Of a DNA stretch of 43,957 bases, positions 39,782-43,957 are shown in pieces. The stretch's first letter is position 1. Every line of letters begins with the position of its first letter. A program made the position numbers and the translations under genes. The notes under the pieces are model-generated. The model was not told where the DNA came from. It saw only the letters and a program-made list of their open reading frames with translations, and ran no database searches. Source of the DNA: Gammaproteobacteria bacterium (GTDB lineage: Bacteria; Pseudomonadota; Gammaproteobacteria; JAAEPA01); the NCBI GenBank assembly GCA_024222475.1, contig JAAEPA010000958.1, positions 1-43,957 on the forward strand. The letters run 5' to 3'.

Positions 39782-40744
39782 ATGTTATATCGAATAGGGT
39801 TCATTGGTTTAATTTTCTTTTTTTCGGTAACCATGCTGCCCGAAACCGGCCATACTACCCGATGTCTTTTTATATCCTCTTACCACAAAGGCAATGCCTG
39901 GTCCGATGGGATAGAAAAAGGCTTGCGCTCGGTACTCGACGGTCACTGTGAGATTCGGCAATTTGACATGGACACCAAACGACACAAGGATGAGGAATCC
40001 AAGAAAAATGCCGCGGAAAAGGCTCGACAACTGATATACGACTGGGATCCGGAGGTCGTCATCACCGCCGATGACAATGCGGCCAAGTATCTTATAGCGC
40101 CCTTCTTCCGTGATCACGACATACCCTTTGTCTTTTGTGGTCTCAATTGGAGTACAGATGAATATGGTTTCCCCTATTCCAATGTCACGGGCATGCTCGA
40201 AGTAGCGCCCATCATACCCATGATTCAGAAGGCCAGACAACTACTACCAGGTTTGAACAAGGCCTACTACATTGGAGCAAATACCCTCACGGAGCAGAAA
40301 AATCTGCGCAAAGTAAAAGAAATCACTGAGGAGATGGAGATTTCACTCGATCATCGACTGGTCGAAGATACCGGTGAATGGTTTAACGCCCATCGTGATG
40401 CCCAGCACAGTGATCTGATCATTATAGGAAGCAGTGCTGGAATGACCGAATGGAATCCTCAGTCTGCGCTGATGAGTATCGTTCAACGCCCCAGCAAGCT
40501 CAGCATGACCAATCATCAATGGATGATGCCGGTCACCCTACTTGGATTTACCAAGATTCCCGAAGAGCAGGGGGAGTGGGCCGGCAAGGTTGCTCTGAGT
40601 ATCCTGCACGGAAAAAATCCTGGGGAAATCCCGATAGTACCCAATCGAAAATGGGATCTTTGGGTAAATGAACAATTACTCAATACTGTTGATATTGAAC
40701 TGCCGCGCACCTTGATCAATAAATTCAAGAAAGTACGCGATTGA
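39782..40744 (+). CDS. Periplasmic ABC-type substrate-binding-fold protein (sensor partner)
   Basis: Signal peptide; ISSYH, MDTKR, DDNA, PFVFCGLN, NVTGMLE, EQGEWAG. No ABC permease or ATPase nearby; 4-nt overlap with the next gene. Confidence 0.8.
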   Translation: MLYRIGFIGLIFFFSVTMLPETGHTTRCLFISSYHKGNAWSDGIEKGLRSVLDGHCEIRQFDMDTKRHKDEESKKNAAEKARQLIYDWDPEVVITADDNAAKYLIAPFFRDHDIPFVFCGLNWSTDEYGFPYSNVTGMLEVAPIIPMIQKARQLLPGLNKAYYIGANTLTEQKNLRKVKEITEEMEISLDHRLVEDTGEWFNAHRDAQHSDLIIIGSSAGMTEWNPQSALMSIVQRPSKLSMTNHQWMMPVTLLGFTKIPEEQGEWAGKVALSILHGKNPGEIPIVPNRKWDLWVNEQLLNTVDIELPRTLINKFKKVRD

Positions 40745-43503
40745 AGGACAAACAACACATTTCCGCCTTTAATATCCAGGAACGTGCCTGGATAGCCTTG
40801 GGTTCAGGTGTATTAACTGCCCTCATTTTTTTGCTCATCACACAACTGAACCTTCAGGAGGCTACCAAGCGCTTTCAACAACGGGCCGGTGACGTCTATT
40901 TCCAAACCAACCAGCAGTTCAGGGATGTTGATGCGGCACTGGCGTCTCTTGTCGGACTACACCATGCCAATGACTCACTCAATACCACGGAGTTAATTAG
41001 CTTCACCCAGGAACTTCTCGATGCTTATCCTCAGATCGATACCGTCTTTTATCTACCGTTAATTGCCGATAGTGACGTTGTTGAATATCAGCTATCGATG
41101 GAGGACTCCGGATACCCAGGATTTAACATTCATGATTCATCGATGCATCGCATACCTGCCGAGAGTGATAAAGATGCTTATCTACCGATCCAATTTATTG
41201 AACCGCTAAGTCCTGAGATCGCTGAATTGCAGGGAGTAGATCTGCTTACGGATGAGCGACTGAAATCTACCCTACAAGACACATTCTTGAATGGCGGTAC
41301 GATTTTCTCCGGTACTGTTGAACTGCTAATAAATAAACCTAGAATCTATGGTTTCAGGGCAGTTTATCAAGGCTACTTCATGCCTGAAACTCGGGAAGAG
41401 CGGTTAAACCAGGCACTCGGTGTATTCGTGGTCGAGATCAATCCTAAGCATTTTTTCCAGAACCTTATCAATTGCTCCCCAAAGATGGGGGCGCGGATCA
41501 CACTCGGAACGATTGAAGACAGAACTGACAATGACATTTTATTCAGCAGTCAACCGGCCGAAGTTCTTGACCCGTTAAGGTCTTCCCTGCCCACACTGGA
41601 ATATACCGCACACCTCAGCTGGACGGACCAACTGCTGGATCTTGATCTTTCTTCAAAAATCACTTCCAAAGACTTACACCCACTTAAGACCGCTTCCATT
41701 CTACTGGCAACGATCTTTCTACTGGGTGCTACGATTCAAATGCTTCGTCTGAAGCGTATTGCACGAATTAAGGAACGAAAGGCCCAAGATATAATCTTTG
41801 TCCAGAGGGCACGAGCCGAAGCGACACTACACTCGATTGGCGAAGCCGTGATCACGACGGATATTCACGGCAGGATCGAATATATGAATCCAATAGCCGA
41901 ACGACTGACGGGCTGGAGTCAGGAGACGGCCAACAGGAAGAGTCTGTTAACACTGTTCAAGCTCGTCGATGAACAATCGGGTAGGGCATTCCCAAACCCG
42001 ATTGAGCGCTGTCTAGCGAACTCGCAATCCTATAGCGAGGAACGGGCTCTCATGGTGCGCACCGACGGCGAAACCCTTGCAGTGGCCAATACCACCGCTC
42101 TGATCAAAGACAGGGCGGGAGAAGTCAGCGGTATAGTGCTCATTATCCGAGATATAAGGCTGGAAGAGTTGACTCAGCAGATGACCTTTCTTGCCAATCA
42201 TGATCCCCTAACACAACTGGCTAACAGACGATCATTTGAAAAGTCACTGAAACAGGCTGTGGAAAACGTCAAAAAAGAGGGCGATGTCCATGCCTTATGT
42301 TACATCGATCTCGACCATTTCAAGATAATCAATGACACCTGCGGCCACCTGGAAGGAGATCGACTACTCGCTCAGGTGACGTCGCGACTCAAGGACCATG
42401 TTCGTAAGAGTGATCTACTGGCCAGGCTTGGTGGTGACGAATTTACACTGCTGCTGAATAACTGCCCATTGCCAAAAGCGACCGAAATCGCAGAGCTGAT
42501 TCGCAAAGACATCAAAAATCTTAAGTTACATTGTGATGACAAGGTTTTCTCCATTTCCACTAGTATCGGCATTGCTGCCATTGACAACAACGTCATTAGC
42601 GCGGATGAAGTGTTGCAGGCGGCTGATAACGCCTGCTATGCCGCTAAAGAACAGGGACGTAATCGAATACATCTCTTTCATCCAGATGATAAAACACACG
42701 CAATAAAACGAGGTGAGATACGATGGATAGAGAAAATACAGAACGGCCTGCATGAATCTTCCTTCGCTTTGTTTCTCCAATCCATGCGCGCCCTCGATCA
42801 AGACCAGAAAATACCGGAAATACACGAGTTTCTACTGCGGCTGCCATCCAACAAGAACTCATTTGCCTCACCATCTCCGCTAATCCATTCGGCAGAGCGA
42901 TACAACAAAATGTTCGATATCGATTGCTGGGTGATTCGACATGCCTTTCAAACCATTCATTCGCAATTCAAGAAACATCCCGAGAAGAAGGCCAACAATA
43001 TCTACAGCATCAACATATCGGGCCAATCCCTGGGCCACCCCGACCTTATTCCGTATATCCGCAATGAATCAGAGCAATGGAAGATTTCACCCGCAAATAT
43101 CTGCTTTGAGATCACCGAAACCTCTATGGTGGCTAATATCGATCAGGCGTTAACATTGATGCACGAGTTGAGATCCATAGGCTACTCTATGGCCCTTGAT
43201 AATTTTGGTACCGGCCTGAGCTCTTTCTCCTATCTGAAGAAACTCCCCTTCGATTTCCTGAAAATCAATGGGTCTTCTATCAAAGAAATCTCCAGTGATC
43301 CTGTAGATAAGGCGATGGTCGACACCATCAACCACATCGGTCAAGTGCTTCAGATGCGCACCATTGCCGAATGGGTAGAAGATAGTGCGACGCTCTCTAT
43401 TGTTCGTGACATAGGCGTGGATTTCGCCCAGGGTTACTTCATTGAAGACCCCCGGCAGGTTTACCCACCTCCTCTGGGGAGCGTTGCGGATAAATCGATT
43501 TAA
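40741..43503 (+). CDS. Membrane CHASE-like/PAS/GGDEF/EAL protein, EAL partly degenerate
   Basis: Two TM segments flanking a periplasmic domain (YLPIQFIEP, GVDL), PAS, RKSD I-site and RLGGDEF; EAL domain has EFLLR, DNFGTG, KING and EWVE. Confidence 0.9.
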   Translation: MKDKQHISAFNIQERAWIALGSGVLTALIFLLITQLNLQEATKRFQQRAGDVYFQTNQQFRDVDAALASLVGLHHANDSLNTTELISFTQELLDAYPQIDTVFYLPLIADSDVVEYQLSMEDSGYPGFNIHDSSMHRIPAESDKDAYLPIQFIEPLSPEIAELQGVDLLTDERLKSTLQDTFLNGGTIFSGTVELLINKPRIYGFRAVYQGYFMPETREERLNQALGVFVVEINPKHFFQNLINCSPKMGARITLGTIEDRTDNDILFSSQPAEVLDPLRSSLPTLEYTAHLSWTDQLLDLDLSSKITSKDLHPLKTASILLATIFLLGATIQMLRLKRIARIKERKAQDIIFVQRARAEATLHSIGEAVITTDIHGRIEYMNPIAERLTGWSQETANRKSLLTLFKLVDEQSGRAFPNPIERCLANSQSYSEERALMVRTDGETLAVANTTALIKDRAGEVSGIVLIIRDIRLEELTQQMTFLANHDPLTQLANRRSFEKSLKQAVENVKKEGDVHALCYIDLDHFKIINDTCGHLEGDRLLAQVTSRLKDHVRKSDLLARLGGDEFTLLLNNCPLPKATEIAELIRKDIKNLKLHCDDKVFSISTSIGIAAIDNNVISADEVLQAADNACYAAKEQGRNRIHLFHPDDKTHAIKRGEIRWIEKIQNGLHESSFALFLQSMRALDQDQKIPEIHEFLLRLPSNKNSFASPSPLIHSAERYNKMFDIDCWVIRHAFQTIHSQFKKHPEKKANNIYSINISGQSLGHPDLIPYIRNESEQWKISPANICFEITETSMVANIDQALTLMHELRSIGYSMALDNFGTGLSSFSYLKKLPFDFLKINGSSIKEISSDPVDKAMVDTINHIGQVLQMRTIAEWVEDSATLSIVRDIGVDFAQGYFIEDPRQVYPPPLGSVADKSI

Positions 43504-43957
43504 TAAATCTCACATTCCGCACCCTAGTCCGCTGCATTTAGGTAATTTATCGACATATCGTAAAACAGGGTACATGTCTGGTTAGATTCACCCAATATAG
43601 TCAGGCAAGGTTGGAGCACTTGAGATGGTCTCCAGTGCGGTCAGGCTCACTTCTATTTCCATCTGATGCGGAAAGAACTAGCTAAACATTTGGATCAAAC
43701 CCTGTTACTAAGCGTAGCGCGCATCATTTCTAACTGATTGATCTTAAAGGTGTTGATCTCGGGGTATCGGCTGTGCTCAAATGAGGTTTGTAGATACTAT
43801 AAAAGGGACCGATCAAAATATGAGTTTTATCTTTACAAATGGAAATGAGTCGAAAGGGCTTGACATGAAGGGGGGTTCGGAGTTTGGTTTGGCATAGGGA
43901 GTGGGGCGCTTGTGAACGCAGCAATGGATAAGTTATTGGCATACTTGAAGTAATTGC

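Noticed and set aside
43504-43957. Terminal non-coding region with several GATC sites and a TTGACA as possible oriC or promoter
   Set aside because: No perfect DnaA boxes or 13-mer repeats, no good -10 at proper spacing, and context is cut by the window edge.
34605-43957. Integrative element or prophage at tRNA-Glu
   Set aside because: No integrase, phage genes or duplicated tRNA 3' end seen in the window.

Overview
This is a gammaproteobacterial chromosomal segment, judged from gene content and synteny. A housekeeping core occupies about 12-34.6 kb: M23 peptidase, pyrC, ubiI-ubiH-pepP-UPF0149, zapB-like-zapA-6S RNA, ilvA, rpiA, amidase-tsaE-nnr, queG, panDCB, pcnB and tRNA-Glu(CUC). The left accessory region has IS remnants, a broken usp gene, a stand-alone fabF with a divergent TetR, a FIST/NosP - hybrid kinase - REC/PAS/GGDEF/EAL/REC operon behind a good sigma-28-like promoter, a sulfotransferase and a headless coiled-coil plus collagen protein. 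Inserted in the core is a 921-aa Asp-box beta-propeller protein with a GGGGGC-hydrophobic C-terminal sorting tail, overlapping a CPBP intramembrane protease (JDVT-CTERM/MrtJ-like). The right accessory region has two more GGDEF-EAL proteins, a DUF4136 lipoprotein and a decayed phosphonate-biosynthesis cluster. Several palindromic or MITE-like intergenic elements are present. No CRISPR array, rRNA, prophage or recognisable defence system was seen. All assignments come from motif recognition by eye; no database search was run.
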